Positions 1 through 13,523 of a DNA stretch of 64,000 bases are shown here, one piece after another. The notes below the pieces were generated by a model. That model saw nothing but the letters and a program-made list of their open reading frames with translations, did no database searches and was not told where the DNA came from. The position numbers were made by a program, and so were the translations under genes. Origin of the DNA: Eledone cirrhosa (lineage: Eukaryota); the NCBI GenBank assembly GCA_964016885.1, contig OZ024745.1, positions 133,176,001 through 133,240,000 on the forward strand. Reading direction: 5' to 3'. Position 1 is the first letter of the stretch, and the number at the start of each line of letters is the position of its first letter.

Positions 1-171
1 GATATTTTGAAAATAAAACAAAAGCATGTACATATGTAATTATGGGCCTGTCAATGAGATGCCGGATCCTGAGCACATATCTTCCCATCATCAGCCACGG
101 CTTGAACAGCTCTCCACGTAGTTGGTGTGAACATCAGATAGACCTACCAACCATCGGAGCACGTCCCTTTT

Positions 172-633
172 ACAAAGGGTAAGAGACCAGCTCACAAGCC
201 AAGGCTCCGATTCAAGGATTGTGTAAAGGGCTCATTTAAAAAAACTAGTTTGATGATGGCTGACCTGGAGATAGAAGCTCTTGAGAGAGAAGCTTGGCGC
301 GGAATGGTGAATGATGAGGTCCATAATTTTGAGGATAGATGCATAGAGCACGAGAGGATCAAAGCGGATGTGCGTAAGCAATGCCCTGATGTATCTCTCG
401 AAATGATCTGTGTCTCATTGAATTGAAGTGCCATGAGTGTGGAAAAATTTGCTGGAGCCACAGTCACAGCCATGTTCGAGGAGAATCAGTGAATTATGAT
501 CTCCACGGTGTTGTGATGGTTCACAGACAACCTGATACAAGATCTCAGGGAGATCCATAGTTGTGGTCAGTGTGTGAAGGAGTGCAAATCTCTAGCAGGT
601 TTGAACAGCCATATCCGAGCGTCACACATCTGA
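172..633 (+). mobile_element. RTE-clade LINE 3' end (decayed) with C-terminal C2H2 zinc fingers
   Basis: Frame from 172 reads TKGKRPAHKPRLRFKDCVKGSFKK...EALEREAWRGMV, matching the RTE C-terminal GKRxxGRPxxRWxD...WR motif. It is followed by frameshifted KCHECGKIC and CGQCVKECKSLAGLNSHIRASH* (562-633). Confidence 0.75.
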
Positions 634-811
634 ATCTGACAAACGATTGCAATACTTTTAGCAGAGATTTCAGTCATCATGTATGTATGTATCATAGAAG
701 AATGTTCTATAAACAACACGGTTTACTCATTATCTACATAGGTATATATGACAACCATGTTGAATTATAGTCCTTCTTGTTGCAGACTTATTAATAGAAA
801 AACATGAAAGG

Positions 812-868
<57 letters not shown>

Positions 869-869
869 T

Positions 870-960
870 TAGGACCCCGACGGCTGGAGTCATGACTCTT
901 CTTCTATTACCCACTATACTACCCTAAGTATTGAGTGTTCTGGTGCGTTATAGTCCACAT
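870..960 (+). mobile_element. Fragment of the TA-embedded HHR/pLTR family ('GAGCTC-loop' family)
   Basis: ctattacccactatactaccctaagtattgagtgttctggtgcgttatagtcca matches the copies at 18625-18695 and 38100-38170. It directly follows (TA)n at 816-865. Confidence 0.75.
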
Positions 961-2589
961 CATACGCGATTTTAACAATAGCATTCCTAGAGGAATTCAT
1001 GGTTAATTAACATCTATATCGCAATACAGCGTAAATATGCAAGAGTTAATTATCTCTTACTCTACGTATGTTTTGTAGTTACTTAATTGGTGAAATATAT
1101 TAAAATAGTGTTCTAAAGGAACTAATAACTAAAGTGTGTAACTGAGAAACCACAGACACCTTATCACCCTTCCCATTATTAGGTTTACAGTTTACACTAT
1201 CATTTCAGAAACATCTTAAATAATATGTGAATGGCTGAAAGATAAAATCCAGATACTATATAAACTTGTATACGTGTGATATACGACTGAAGAATCCCAC
1301 TTACAGCATTTGCCTTACAACGAGGAACAATTATTTTGATCCCATACGTTGATCTACAATAAAAATAGATATCGAATTAGCAATCATTGGTGATTTCAAT
1401 AAATATAAATACCAAAGAAAACCAGAATTATTTAAGAGCTCGAGACAAGACCTCGATTATTAGGAATAATACTGCAATTATCGAGAAACGATTTTAGAAC
1501 ATGATTTTAGTTTTCTTTTCATTAGTTGCAAAACAGTCAAAGAACTTTGAAACACAGAGATTATCAGCTCTATTGGTATTTCTGAGATAGCTACAAAGTA
1601 ATTTCATTAGAATAAACAATTGATAATTGAACGTTAACTACGTTTAGTACTGAAAGGAAATAATAAAAAAATATATAAGAAAGAAGAAAAGGAAAAAACT
1701 AAAACATCAAAATTATTAAGAAGGCATTTTCAATGATGGATAGGAAAATAGAAGATGAAACCACTGAATGAGAAATATTAAACGAGAAATTATCATTGCT
1801 ATTCCAATCATTTATAAAAATAGTCATTTCTGTTTTGTTTTCAATCATATCAGACACAAAGAAACCATTATAAAATGATTTATCTAACCAATACAGAAAC
1901 AATCCAATTTTGTTTGAAATTATAAATTTGATAAAAATATATTACAACAATAACATCCACAATTCACTAAAAGGAATAACTTAAATATTAACAAAATTTA
2001 CATGAGTTGAAATAGAGACGAAAACTACTCAAAATAACACTGTTGAACTTCCATTTATGTTTTAGATCAAGATATATTTCAACAAGTATGAAAATGTTGC
2101 AAATAACGTGATTAATTTATTATCATCATTTCGATTACTTTATCAAATGGAATCAATTCTAACGAATTTACCAACAAGTAAATATTATAATTAATATTAT
2201 TATAGATAGTTAGCAGAGTAAATATGATATATCCAGGACCGTCTACAGCTTGTCGATACTCAACTTGGACAATAACCAGACAGTACTTTCCTGAGGATAT
2301 GTGCACACACAAACAGAGAAGTTGTTGTAGGAGCTCTTTCGTGTTACTGGAATAAAGTTACACGCAATAAGACTGACCGGTCTACAGACGAAACCATTTA
2401 ACGGACAAATTTATGATTCGAAGTATATTTGCTTAAAATACCCTCAGTCTGTCTGGAGACAAACCTAAAACTCTGGAACTATAATGATGTTGGTAGTATT
2501 AACCATATTCGTATAATTTCGATCACAAGACAGTATAGCTTATTTATTTTTATTCCGATTTCTGAGAAAGCAGTTATTATTATCATTAT

Positions 2590-2692
2590 TGTTAAATTGA
2601 AAGTGAACGGTCACCTTCCGGAACCTTTCAACATCATGCGTTCTGGTTCTCCCTTCTCGTCCCTGTTATATGTATTCACTCTCGTTCCTATT
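2590..2692 (+). mobile_element. L1/Tx1-type LINE reverse transcriptase fragment
   Basis: KVNGHLPEPFNIMRS-GSPFSSLLYVFTLVP resembles VNGxLSxPFxIxRSVRQGCPLSPLLYxLxLEP with VRQ deleted. Confidence 0.6.
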
Positions 2693-2727
2693 ACTGCACA
2701 AACTGCAGACGTTAAGGGGAGTATCCC

Positions 2728-2890
2728 TGAAGTGGGATACATGTATTTAGGTGTTATGGAGGCAGATGATATCAATAATAATAAAATGAAGGAATTGATA
2801 AGATCTCAATACTAAAGGAGAGTAAAGAACATACTAGAATCACATCTAAATAGTAGGAATGTCATAAGTGTAGTAAATTCCCGAGCTGTG
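2728..2890 (+). mobile_element. R4/Dong-type LINE RT C-terminal fragment
   Basis: EVGYMYLGVMEADDINNNKMKELIRSQY*RRVKNILESHLNSRNVISVVNSRAV resembles the YKYLG...EY.RRVR.IL.S.LN..N.I..IN..AV segment of R4-clade RTs. Confidence 0.7.
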
Positions 2891-5800
2891 TTTAACAATC
2901 ACCTGCGGTTCCTGCCAATCTAGCACCATTAGCCTTAGTACAAGTTCTATTTCCGAGAATGACCAGGTAATCTATTTCTTCCCCGGTTCCTAAATACCGG
3001 GGTACCTCCTGCTAATCCTCACATGAAACTTTTCTGAAATTTCTTCTCCTAAGAACACCACCCCATTCAATGATGATATGACGAAACGTCTGGCAGACCT
3101 ATGCAACATGCTTAAAGAAGAAAGAGCAATAAAACAACTTTCTCAGAAATCTACGAAATAAGATGCTAAAGCGTGTGATTCCCTAAACATAGACGTTCGT
3201 CTGAATCCTTAATATGGGATTACCTAATGATAGGTATGAAATGGAGTAGGAAAACCCACGCTATGATACGAGGTGGTGAGATATTCCTCTCCGGATAATG
3301 TGGGTGCATTAATCTGCCTATCTTATAATGGCCTTACAACGATATGTTTTTATATTAAACTTTATTAAGTTCCATACGTATTGTCACCCTCATATTTATC
3401 ACTATTATTTTAATTTGCCTATTTATAGCAATCATGCTTTGGATGGCGTATTCTAAGGAATACCGGGATACAGTTAGTAGCCTAGGCTAGCTCCAGCTAG
3501 TTTCATATCCTTCCCTGTCATTTCATTTCTAGTCCAAATCAATTCTCGCACAGCTCCCAGTTGCTGTCTTCTGGAGCAGTTCAATCCTTGGAGAGGAAAG
3601 TATATATGCGGTTGATTGGCATCTCAAAATCAGTAAGCCCTTCCTATTCACAATATAAGCTATATTTACATATTCGTTGTTTTTCCATTTCTATCGTTAG
3701 TATACAACATTTAAAGAAACTCTTCTTATACATAACGCCCTATTCGGGAACAGGGATTATCCATTTACTGTATAATCTAATTCTCCCATTCCACTTACCC
3801 TGCGCATGTCTGAATATCGGAAACTGCTGAAAATCAAGTCTAATACGAAGTGTAAAAAACTGAAATATTTTTATTCAGTCTTAACAATATCAGTTGATCA
3901 GTAATCATTTCAATTATTTACATTATTACATGGTTCAGTGGATACTACTTTCAAAGTTAAGTCATTATTTACAGAATACGTCTCAATGAGGCAGTGTTTC
4001 TTGTTGAATATCATGCAAATATAGGATATGTTTGTTATTTTCAAAGCAATTGATTTGGCATAGGAAAATATATTGCAGTTTATATAAACTTCCCCCTTTG
4101 TATTTGTCCCCTTCTTTTGTGCCCCTGTGGCTAATAAAGAAACATATCTAAATATATTGGAGTGTATAACTTAAAATAATAATTCAGTGTAAATATATTA
4201 AATAATGCTTGAATTCAATAATAAAAGGAATTATTATGTTTGTTTTCAGACACTATGAATCTTTCATTTTTTATGTTCTGATGTTATATGCTTGAATTGA
4301 ATCAATATGAATATAAAAGTTAACCATAGTTTAGAGTAAAATATTATTATTTTAATCTTTGTAAGATATTTTGCCATTCTTGCGTTAAATGTCGGCAACA
4401 ATGATCATTCAGTATTGCTATACTAATTCATATTTTAATATCATATAATATGTTATATCAAATTATAATTTTCCATAGCTTCTTCACCAAGAAGCGTAAA
4501 AATTATTAAGTTTAGATTTCAATTCAAAAGTTAATGACAGTAAATTAAATTACATTGTAATTAACATTGGATATCACAGACGTTTAAACATCTGCTACTA
4601 ATTTATTATTTCATTATGACGAGATGCTAAGAACATTTAGACAGACATTTTCTAAATTATTAACCTATTTGCCAATCAATAACTTCAATGGCATACTGAC
4701 CGTATAGACTGATTGCTTTGCTGATTTCATCAATAACGTATTTCAACTTCATTGACATTTAATGTGGTGATTCTTTATTCTCAAATGTTGAATGTTAGTT
4801 TGATATATTTACGAAGACTGTAAAGTATGGCGCTCTTCATTTAGTTTGGTCATGAAGATTTATCATTAAACTGTATCATGCCTTTTATCCTACACTTCAA
4901 TTAAGAATTCTTGAGTTTAGGAAGTGGATTAGCAATCAAGGAAGTTATATTTAGCCACATATGCAGCTGTCTTCAGATTTGAATACACATCTTCCAAAGA
5001 AGTCTACTACTACATTACTATACATGTGATTAAATATGTGATATCGTGAGACAATCATTCGATGAAGTCCTCATTGTTTTTTCATAAGTTCACTGGAATT
5101 TATATTATTTTTACTATTCTTTTATTGGTTTTAGTCTGGCGTTATGCAGCGACAGTTTGTTCTTTGACTTCGACTTATCTTAACAACCATTCTTTTCATG
5201 TGAAAGGCAATGTGATTATTGTCTTAAACTGAGGGTGCAAAGCCGAACTACCTTCTCAAATTTCCACTCACAAGATATTAGTCAACTCACGGCCGTGAAA
5301 GAGACTTGCGAAACGTCCAGTATAGGTAACTAAATAGAACGTGAAATCACACTTCTCGAAGTGGATTTACTAACCAAACAGCTATGTAATGTCTTGCTTA
5401 TGCATGTCTCCTTAGTAATGGCTATTTCAAGAATGTTTACGTTCATGTATTTGTGGCCTTTTGATGTAGCGTTTTGCCGATCAACAGTTAGAGAGTAGTC
5501 GCTGCACTAAATGCGATAAGAAAAGCTAATGCTCCAGATATACCATGCCTGCTTTAATTATGAAAGGTATCATGCAAAGCTATTCATCGTATAGTAACAG
5601 ACTCTATACTATAGATTTTCTGGAGCTTTTAGAATTGTGTATACTTGCATGTTTTTCTGGTAGTCACAGTAGATACTGTAAATGCTGAAATGAGCGAGAA
5701 AATTACAATTGCATTTCTTCAAGTTTAACATTGGAAATGAACACATTTGAAATAATTTCTGTTTGTATGTTTTCTGAAGTTATAATTTTATTCACCTTGG

Positions 5801-6144
5801 TCCAACTGCAAAATAAAAGGATGGTTGCTTGCTGTAATCTATGTCTGAAAACCTGAGGATATCATTTTTCAAAAGTGTGCTTGCATCATCAGGAAACGAT
5901 AAAAAAAACTTCAAATATTTTTCTCCACAAAACAGGTATTTCAAAACTATTTCGTTATCCATCTACGAAATTTGATATCGAGAAGTAACTGTGAGGGGTA
6001 AACATATTGTTATTCTTCCGTTCTAGTAAATATTAGCTTTTATATAATAACATTAATAATGTTTTTCTTTCATTAATACTGATTTATATTTTAGGTACAT
6101 ACCAGAAATTTAGAGCAAAGTCGAATAAATTGATTTTAGTTCTT

Positions 6145-6270
6145 GATCGGTATTTTATTTTACCGACTCAGGAAGGATGGAAGACAATGTTGCCCTTGGT
6201 GGATTTGAACTCAGAACGCATAGAGACTGAACAAATGCGGAAAAACAAATGCCAGACGCTCCAACATTTC
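6145..6270 (-). mobile_element. Degenerate tRNA-derived SINE
   Basis: Reverse complement contains GAGTTCAAATCC (B-box-like) followed by a CTTCCATCCTTCCTGAGTCGGTAAAATAAAATACC core. Confidence 0.55.
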
Positions 6271-6973
6271 CATTAATCCTCCAACTTTCTGTTATACATA
6301 ACATTGTAATTAATAAAGAACTAAGGTCAATTTTGACACTCAATAGAACAAAACCAAGAAAATAATGAATGCTTATAAAGATAGATAAGGAAAGTTTACT
6401 TTCATCTCAAGGACTGATAAGATAGAACAACTTAGAAGTTCGTAAACTCTTATTAATATATCTTAACTTTTTAATGAGCTCCGTTAGGTTAGCAGCGAAT
6501 CATTCAATGTCCATCATCAAAGAAGACATTTCAGCAATTTCAGGACGTGTCCGCCATTCTCTTGGTGGTTTGAGTTTCTAAAACGTAGAACACCAAGCAC
6601 ATAAAACTGATCAAACTCAGAGTATTTATATTAACATATTGGTTTAACTATGAATTAACAACAGCTTCATTAAAACATGAGCATGTCATCAGATAGATTA
6701 AGGAAAATATACAATATGAGATAAAGACTATTAAGATGGTGTCTGGCTTAGGTCAAAGTATTGGTAACTCAGTGACAGTAGATAAATGGGCGAATACGAG
6801 AATATTTACGTCGCGGTGTAACAACAATTATCAGTTAAACCAAAACGTAAATTAGTCTGTATTAGCCATTCATCAGAATTATCAAAACGTTGGATGATAT
6901 GTAATCAGAAAATACCTTTAATTAAAATTCAGCAATCATATTTCAATGGTCAAATATTGTAACTTTAATAAAA

Positions 6974-7001
6974 TACCGGGATCGCCGGGTAGCTCAGCTA
7001 G
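6974..7001 (+). mobile_element. Helitron 3' terminus
   Basis: Imperfect GC hairpin TACCGGGATCGCCGGGTA, then gctcag and CTAG|T. The 5' end is uncertain (possible A|TC at 6461). Confidence 0.6.
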
Positions 7002-7665
7002 TATATACATGAATGTAAGTATCCATACGCACACACATTTCATATATACACACATATACATATATATACACATATATATATATACACAAATATATATACA
7101 TATATATAAACACACATATATATACACACATATATACATATACATATGTACGTATGGATTATATCGAACATTAATAATAGTGCTCGATTCATTTGTACAC
7201 AAATAGCCCGATTTGAAGCTGTGTTGTGCCGGTGACTATTGTCTAATATATATATATGTTTGCTGGGATGACAAGAATAAGAACGTGTCTATTTTCTTCA
7301 GCATATCACATAATCGGTTTTCATCTTTAGATACCGTTCCCATACCAACAACAATGCATACGTTACATCGTGGATTGCAAAAGGGGGCCGTTGAAATAAT
7401 TATAATGTGTATACGATTCATGTAAAATAAACATATTTCTTAATGCTATTATTATATATATATGTGTGTGTGTGTGCGTGTGCGTGTGTGTGTGGGTCGG
7501 GTTCACTAGGAGGTAACCAGAGTCAGTAAGGTACTCAATAAATATGTTTAATATAGAAATGGCTACTACATGACTAGAACTGGTTCATTCAAAAAGAATT
7601 ATCAGGCAAGCCATGAAATATAATATTATCTTTAATCTTGATATAGTACGAAAAATGTCTTAACA

Positions 7666-7776
7666 TTTCGGACTCTAGCCCTTCATCAGAAAATAGAATG
7701 AGAAATCAACATACACACAACTGTGTGTGTGTTGATTTCTCATTCTATTCTCTGATGAAGGGCTAGTGTCCGAAAC
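7666..7776. repeat. ~54-bp-arm fold-back inverted repeat with an HHR core in each arm
   Basis: Plus arm: CTGATGA-A-GGGC-TAGT-GTCC-GAAAC (7752-7776). The minus arm reads CTGATGAAGGGCTAGAGTCCGAAATGTT-AAGA. Confidence 0.8.
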
Positions 7777-8639
7777 GATATATATGTTGTTGTAAATCAA
7801 GAAGACAGCAAGTGTAAGTGAGTATCCATTATCTAATTGTGATCAATGTGTATTGCTATGGTTCTATACATATAGAGAGATCAGGAAAAGCTAGCAATTC
7901 ACAAAGGACCATATTCTTTAATTGCAAGTTAATCAGCTGAATTCAACAACTTTAGTCCTGTAATGGTAAGTGACTGTTACGGAATCTTATATTTCACCAC
8001 CTTACCAAATCACAGTATTTATTAGGCTTGAATTTAAGTCTTGCTATAGTATATGTTCCTAATCGCGTTAATTTATTTAATTTAGTGTTGTTACTCCGTT
8101 TTAATTGGCAATGATGCCACGTCTTGCATTTGTACGTTTTCAAGGAAAAAACTTGGTCTTAATGACCAAGTAAATTATATTACGGATCGATTTCTATCTA
8201 AATTATATTACTAATAGTTTGTGTAGATTATAATATTTCCATGGAGGTATCTAATTTAGCTAGTACTATTTATTAGGTGGAAGATTCAATTAAATTAAAT
8301 TAAATACAATTAACATAAATTCAATTCAATTCAATACATGTAATCGATAATGTCCTGGATATTAACTTCCATGGAACAAATAGAGTGGGTGTGATGGTTT
8401 CTATATGTATCACCAGAAATAGGGTCACACAGAAAATACTAATGTTTGTTACTAGGGGTATAAACTGTTAACCCCTAGAAAGTGGGAAAATAATACGAAG
8501 GAAAGGAAAATGCGAAACGGTTTGCTATAGTTGAACTAAATATTTCAGAGACAGACCTGGTCAAAACCGAATGCACTTTGAGCTGAGCAATCGCAAAACG
8601 CCCGCCACCTCTGAACAAACCTAATGAGATAACATTGAT

Positions 8640-8790
8640 ACTACGTTCCTGCTACTTATTGTTATAGCCCTTTAGACTGGTTTAGACGTGGGTGGAAGTT
8701 GTATAGGTGCTGTGATTTTACACAAATATGAAGATGGAAGTTTACAAGCTGTAGCACTTGCTTCGCGGTCCTAATTGCCGGCTGAATAAA
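8640..8790 (+). mobile_element. Ty3/gypsy RNase H-region fragment, inverted relative to the adjacent gag-pro piece
   Basis: Translates CIGAVILHKYEDGSLQAVALASRS*LPAE*, the GIGAVL...IA.ASRSL..AE motif. Confidence 0.7.
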
Positions 8791-8794
8791 CTGC

Positions 8795-9763
8795 TGGGGA
8801 CACCCTTTCAGCGTAATCATTTTTTTCAATAACTCCTAGCTTTTCAAGTCTATCCGATTCTTCATTAACTTGTTCCAACGCTTCGAAAAGGTATGCAACT
8901 CTTTGGTTTAAATACCGGTATAGCAAATTTTGGCTTTGTTTTGGTGCAAAGGCCTAACTTTTCAGGAAAAAAATTCGGGAAAATCCCTTTTTTAATTCTA
9001 TTATTAATCCTTCTTTTCCGACGCCTTATTTGTGCTGGAGGAAAAAACATTCACTTTTTCTACAAAAAAGGTTTATTGAAAGGTTCCATAAATCAAGTAA
9101 TTCCATCCTCTTTGTTCCAAATAACTTCGTCGTCTTATTGAGCATATACACTTTCGCTTTTCACGTTTTAAACGAAATAACACTTATCATTTTGCCCTTA
9201 AAATGTAATATATTTCCCGACATTTGAAGTTACTTTTAACCTGGTCTTCCTAATTTTCCCCCGTGTGTCCTCGTTAATTATTGTCATATCACTGCCCTAT
9301 CCAATTGTAACTTGATATTCACCTTATTTATTTTCACGAACACAAATTTTCTTTTCTGAGCCTCGCTTAGATTTTTTGTTGACACAACTTCGTTGACAGA
9401 ATATTTCCTGTTCGACCTTTCTTTCATTTGTTTCCCCTCTACAATGCAAGATTTTATGTCCAACTTTTCCACACTCATAACATTTTAAATATGTGTAGCC
9501 CCCGCACCCGGGTCTTGACAATTGTTGTTTTTCTTTTTTCTTATCCATTCTAGGTTGAACCGAATGGACTTGTGAACAATCTCTTCCTTCAATTTTTTAT
9601 CCATCATGCATTCTTCTGCCATTGCCTGCAGTGTCAATTTTGATCTTGCTCTAAGCGTGTTACTATCCGGGAGCGTATGCAAATAATCTTTTTTTTTGGA
9701 GGGAGGGGTGTTCATACAAACATAATTCACAGCCCAGTGCAATCTTCGAATATCTCGTCGCCA
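8795..9763 (-). mobile_element. Ty3/gypsy gag-protease-early pol remnant with PBS-like motif
   Basis: CYECGKVGHKILHC zinc knuckle; RKFVFVKINKVNIKLQLD protease-like motif; FPEKLGLCTKTK...PVFKPK..IPF linker. TGGCGACGAG PBS-like motif at 9754-9763 (minus). Confidence 0.8.
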
Positions 9764-11236
9764 CTTTTACAGCTTTTTAGACTGGTTATATTTTCTACAA
9801 TGTGGGAGTACTAACAATTGTATCTCAGGCGTAACTTCCGACAACAAAACGAGATTCTAACCGAACTCCTGATAACGAGACACGTTGCTTATTTATGATA
9901 ATCCGCCGAGTCCATTTCTTTAATACCAAAAGGATGTTCACCATAAAATTATTATTATTATTATTTCCACCTTGCTTCTTAAGGTTACAGAGAATCCCAT
10001 ATCGGTCAGCCGGAACCAAGTATTAGCACTCAGTTCTCAAACTGAAGAAACAATATGGTTTGAAAAGTAGAAATATTGTGAGAAGAGATTAAACATTTAC
10101 ATAAGAGGAAAGAGCCTATTGGTACTTTATTCTGATAATTACTGATTTGGGAATGGCAACGTTAAAGGTGGTTTGCATCATGTTGGGTTGTTTATTAGGG
10201 ATGTATTGATCATAAGTGTAAGTTGGAGAATGACGTGGAAATACTGGCTGAGCTTGATAACAGTTAAAAATAGTAGTACACTTTTTACATTTCTTGCAAT
10301 GCCACCTGGTATATTGTTATGATTTAACGAGTGCATTCCCTGCGTTACTATGTTTTTCTTTTCAATGTTTGTATTATGTTTACCTCATATATTCTTCTAG
10401 AAATACTGCTTGGATTTGTAAATATATTCGGCCTGAAGCTGTCACATTGACAAGGAAAATGATAAGAATACTACACGTTTATATTTGCTATGTTTTTCAT
10501 TGTTGATATTCATGTTGGTTCTATTGTTGTTTTAAAAAAGTGTCACGTTATGTGCAGAGTTTGTAAATCAATTTTTTTTATTCTAATTTGTCTTCGTATT
10601 TCGGAAAAGACTTATCTATTTGGAAGGCACAGTCATCGATCTCTCATGCTATAAAATAGTTTAGGTGAAACATGCATTTCCATGTTCCAATATTGACAGT
10701 AAAAATATGCTTACTTTCTTTTAAATTATACTCTCCTACATGTAGAGATGTTGTATGTAGTCATTATCACATTGTGCAATTAATTTTAAGGCATTTCAAA
10801 TTCAAAATGATATTATAGACTTCAGTTAATATAAATCTTTGATTTCTAGGCAATGTTCTTCATTCGTGTGAGTGATGATGGTGAACATTTTCAGAAGTAT
10901 CATACTTACCTTGTATTTATGAAAAGCTAGGGGGGGGGGGGGGGGGGTTATGTGGCCGTTGGAAATATGGTTTATATTTGCTAACTGAGAGGAAATTTCA
11001 TCCATTAAAAGTTTTATAATGAAGTTATTGCGGTGAGAGGGCAAATGCTAATACATCGAAGCCGGTTATATTTTATATATATTATATACATTATAAAACT
11101 CTTTTAAAAGAATTGTCATTTTTTTTCAATAATGAAAGAAAAAAAAGAAAAAGACAAATAGATCCTTATATATATTTTCCGTGCTATTTCCAATTTCACA
11201 TTTCTCCCCACTCTCTCTCACTCTATATATATATAT

Positions 11237-11340
11237 ACGGGGTAACAAATAATTGTTATATGCAGTCCACTTAGGTGTAGTCCAGTTATGGTACTCCGGT
11301 ATCAACGATGATATCAACGCTTGGCTAAGTTTGACTTAAC
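11237..11340 (+). repeat. ~100-bp dispersed repeat (second copy at 39712-39814)
   Basis: Shared acggggtaaca...gtccactta.gtgtagtccagttatggtactccg...gatgatatcaacgcttggctaagtttgact. Both copies begin right after (TA)n. Confidence 0.8.
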
Positions 11341-11465
11341 AAGGCGTTTCCATAGTGATGCTGCGAGTACGCTGTAATTCCTATGTTGTAAACACTTGGA
11401 ATAATAATAAATCAAGAAAGAAGAGTGACACGGTTTGCTATACAAAAAAGGTTTTTAATCTCATT

Positions 11466-11543
11466 GCTGACAATTGTTTCTCCGCTTATGTTCACGTTAC
11501 TCGATCGCCAATACAAAGTTATAACCAGTCAGTTCATCGGAGC
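11466..11543 (-). ncRNA. Type I hammerhead ribozyme, CCGAUGA core variant, stem II partly deleted
   Basis: Minus strand: GCT-CCGATGA-actgactgg...cgga-GAAAC-AATT-GTC^AGC. Same family as 39958-40063. Confidence 0.6.
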
Positions 11544-12058
11544 TTGCGACAATAAAGAGAATATACAGGCATGAAAAGAATATACATCTACTATAAGCAG
11601 TAGTAATGGCATTCAGTTAGAACAATAACAACAATATCAACAATGCTAGCAATAAATTATTTAAAATAATCACAACATCAATCTAGGTGGGAAGTATAGT
11701 ATATCTATGATTTTAGCGTGTAAAACTAGCTGACATGAGGCAGATGTATAAAATTGACATGTAAAAACTGTCGTAGAGTGTATTATATCAAGTGTAAAGA
11801 TAAGCTGGTGTTTTTAAACAATGTAGGTCAAGTGGCCGTAATAGTCGGTTTTTATCTGACCGATGAAGGATTTATCACTGTAGTGGAATTTGTGTGGTCT
11901 ATATTAGATGTGAGAGCTGTCTAGCTTTCTCATCATCAATAACATACATGTATAAGACAACACTAACAAAGCTAAATAATGGGCAAGTTAATACAGAGGT
12001 TAAGGAGGCAATATATATATTTATATATATATACACACACACACACATGCACACAAAC

Positions 12059-12089
<31 letters not shown>

Positions 12090-12473
12090 TACAAAGAGAA
12101 AACATGCTGACTATAATTATAGCAAGAGGAAGGTAAAGTTCTGTTGTAGTAGTATTTTGAAATGTTCTTGGATTTAGGATCAAGTGCTGACAGCAGCTGA
12201 GGAGAGATAAGTTTATGGGTTGAAGAGGTACTTACAGACATTAGTGTGGTATAGAACTAAGAAGGCTAGAATGTACTTAATGATTATATTTCTGTGGTGG
12301 TTCGTGCAGTGTACTGGGTATCCAAAGTTGAAAGCTATGTTACGTCGGTTCGATTCACGGAGGTTTAAATCTTATGAATTTAGTAGCGATCCTGTGTCTG
12401 CAGAAGATAGATCTTTCTAACTTGTTGTTAAGTAGCCTTTTTACATTTCTAAGGATATACGCCCCTATGAATT

Positions 12474-13200
12474 TTGTCTGGCGCAGGTAATTGAAATAGC
12501 GACCGGAAAGGGCCTTCTAAATTCCCGGCATGCTAGGGTATTTAATTCCAAACACAAAGTTTTAAAAACCTTCGCTAAATCCAAATTGAACTAGAACAAG
12601 ATTCGATCCCCAATACCTAGGTTTTACTACATCCTATTTACTCCATTTCCTGTGGCATTTGAACTTTTCACAGCCACCCAAAATATCCAGTAATATTCAA
12701 ATCAATCTCAATTTCTTAATTCATTTCCTTCCCTACCCACTCTACCCTACTTTTAATTTCTTACCCTCTCCTTTTCTGTCCTTCTCTTTATACATTCTCT
12801 ACATTCTCGACCATATATGGTAAACATTAAAACCTTCACCTATTACAATAGTCACAGAATAATTGTTCCACATGAGAGCACACAGATTGATGATGTGAAA
12901 CTCTTTACCCCTACTCCCTCTCCTCTCTATCATCACACTAATTGATGGTATTTTATTCGATTATCATTTCAACTTATTTACATTTTCTTAAACGAAAATC
13001 CCATTCCTGAATTCTACCGCGTAGTGAGCAGTCACTTCCACTATTATAGGCTTTCTGATGAAGTGTGATACATAATTAAGTATTACACATGATTGAACAA
13101 TATATATATTGTAGTCAGCATATGTAGACGATTATACTACACACAGAAACATAGGTTAAAGCAAATACATTCCTAATCCCTTTTCATACTGATGTTTATA
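12474..13200 (+). mobile_element. Penelope-like element 3' end (GIY-YIG C-terminus remnant, pyrimidine-rich UTR, pLTR)
   Basis: CLAQVIEIATGKGLLNSRHARVFNSKHK resembles the CL.EK..I...LLN.R.E...C.H C-terminus of Neptune-type PLEs. An HHR follows at 13050. Confidence 0.5.
13050..13162 (+). ncRNA. Type I hammerhead ribozyme with long (~85 nt) stem II insert
   Basis: GCTTT-CTGATGA-A-GTGTG...CACAC-A-GAAAC-ATAG-GTT^AAAGC. Stem I GCTTT/AAAGC is perfect. Confidence 0.7.
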
Positions 13201-13221
13201 TTTTCTTTGGTGCAATATTAG

Positions 13222-13265
<44 letters not shown>

Positions 13266-13523
13266 GGAAAAAGAAAAATCACCGATGCACCGGAACTCAA
13301 TCCACCGCGTACCACCACGGTTTCCCCAGCGAACAGCTCGATGTGCGATCTTTGTGTGAATCGACCTGATTCTGGATTCGCAGGTTCCCCAGACACGTCT
13401 ATTGACCTCGGAGCAGATCCTTTTTCTCTGATTTTTCGGTTTCCATTCTATCATACTCACCTCCGTAGAAGCATAGCGTGCTCAACCGGCATACCGCCTA
13501 TGGGCGCATCTTAGCTACCATAA

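Noticed and set aside
1378-1410. LAIIGDFN (APE endonuclease-like motif)
   Set aside because: Isolated short match with stops nearby. It may be an extremely old LINE trace but is insufficient to call.
3068-3095. ATGATGA-tatgac-GAAACGTC hammerhead-like string
   Set aside because: Core C3 is missing and there is no credible stem II or stem I.
10040-10075. CTGAAGA-AAC..GTTT-GAAA motif
   Set aside because: No stem III or stem I pairing downstream; likely chance in AT-rich DNA.
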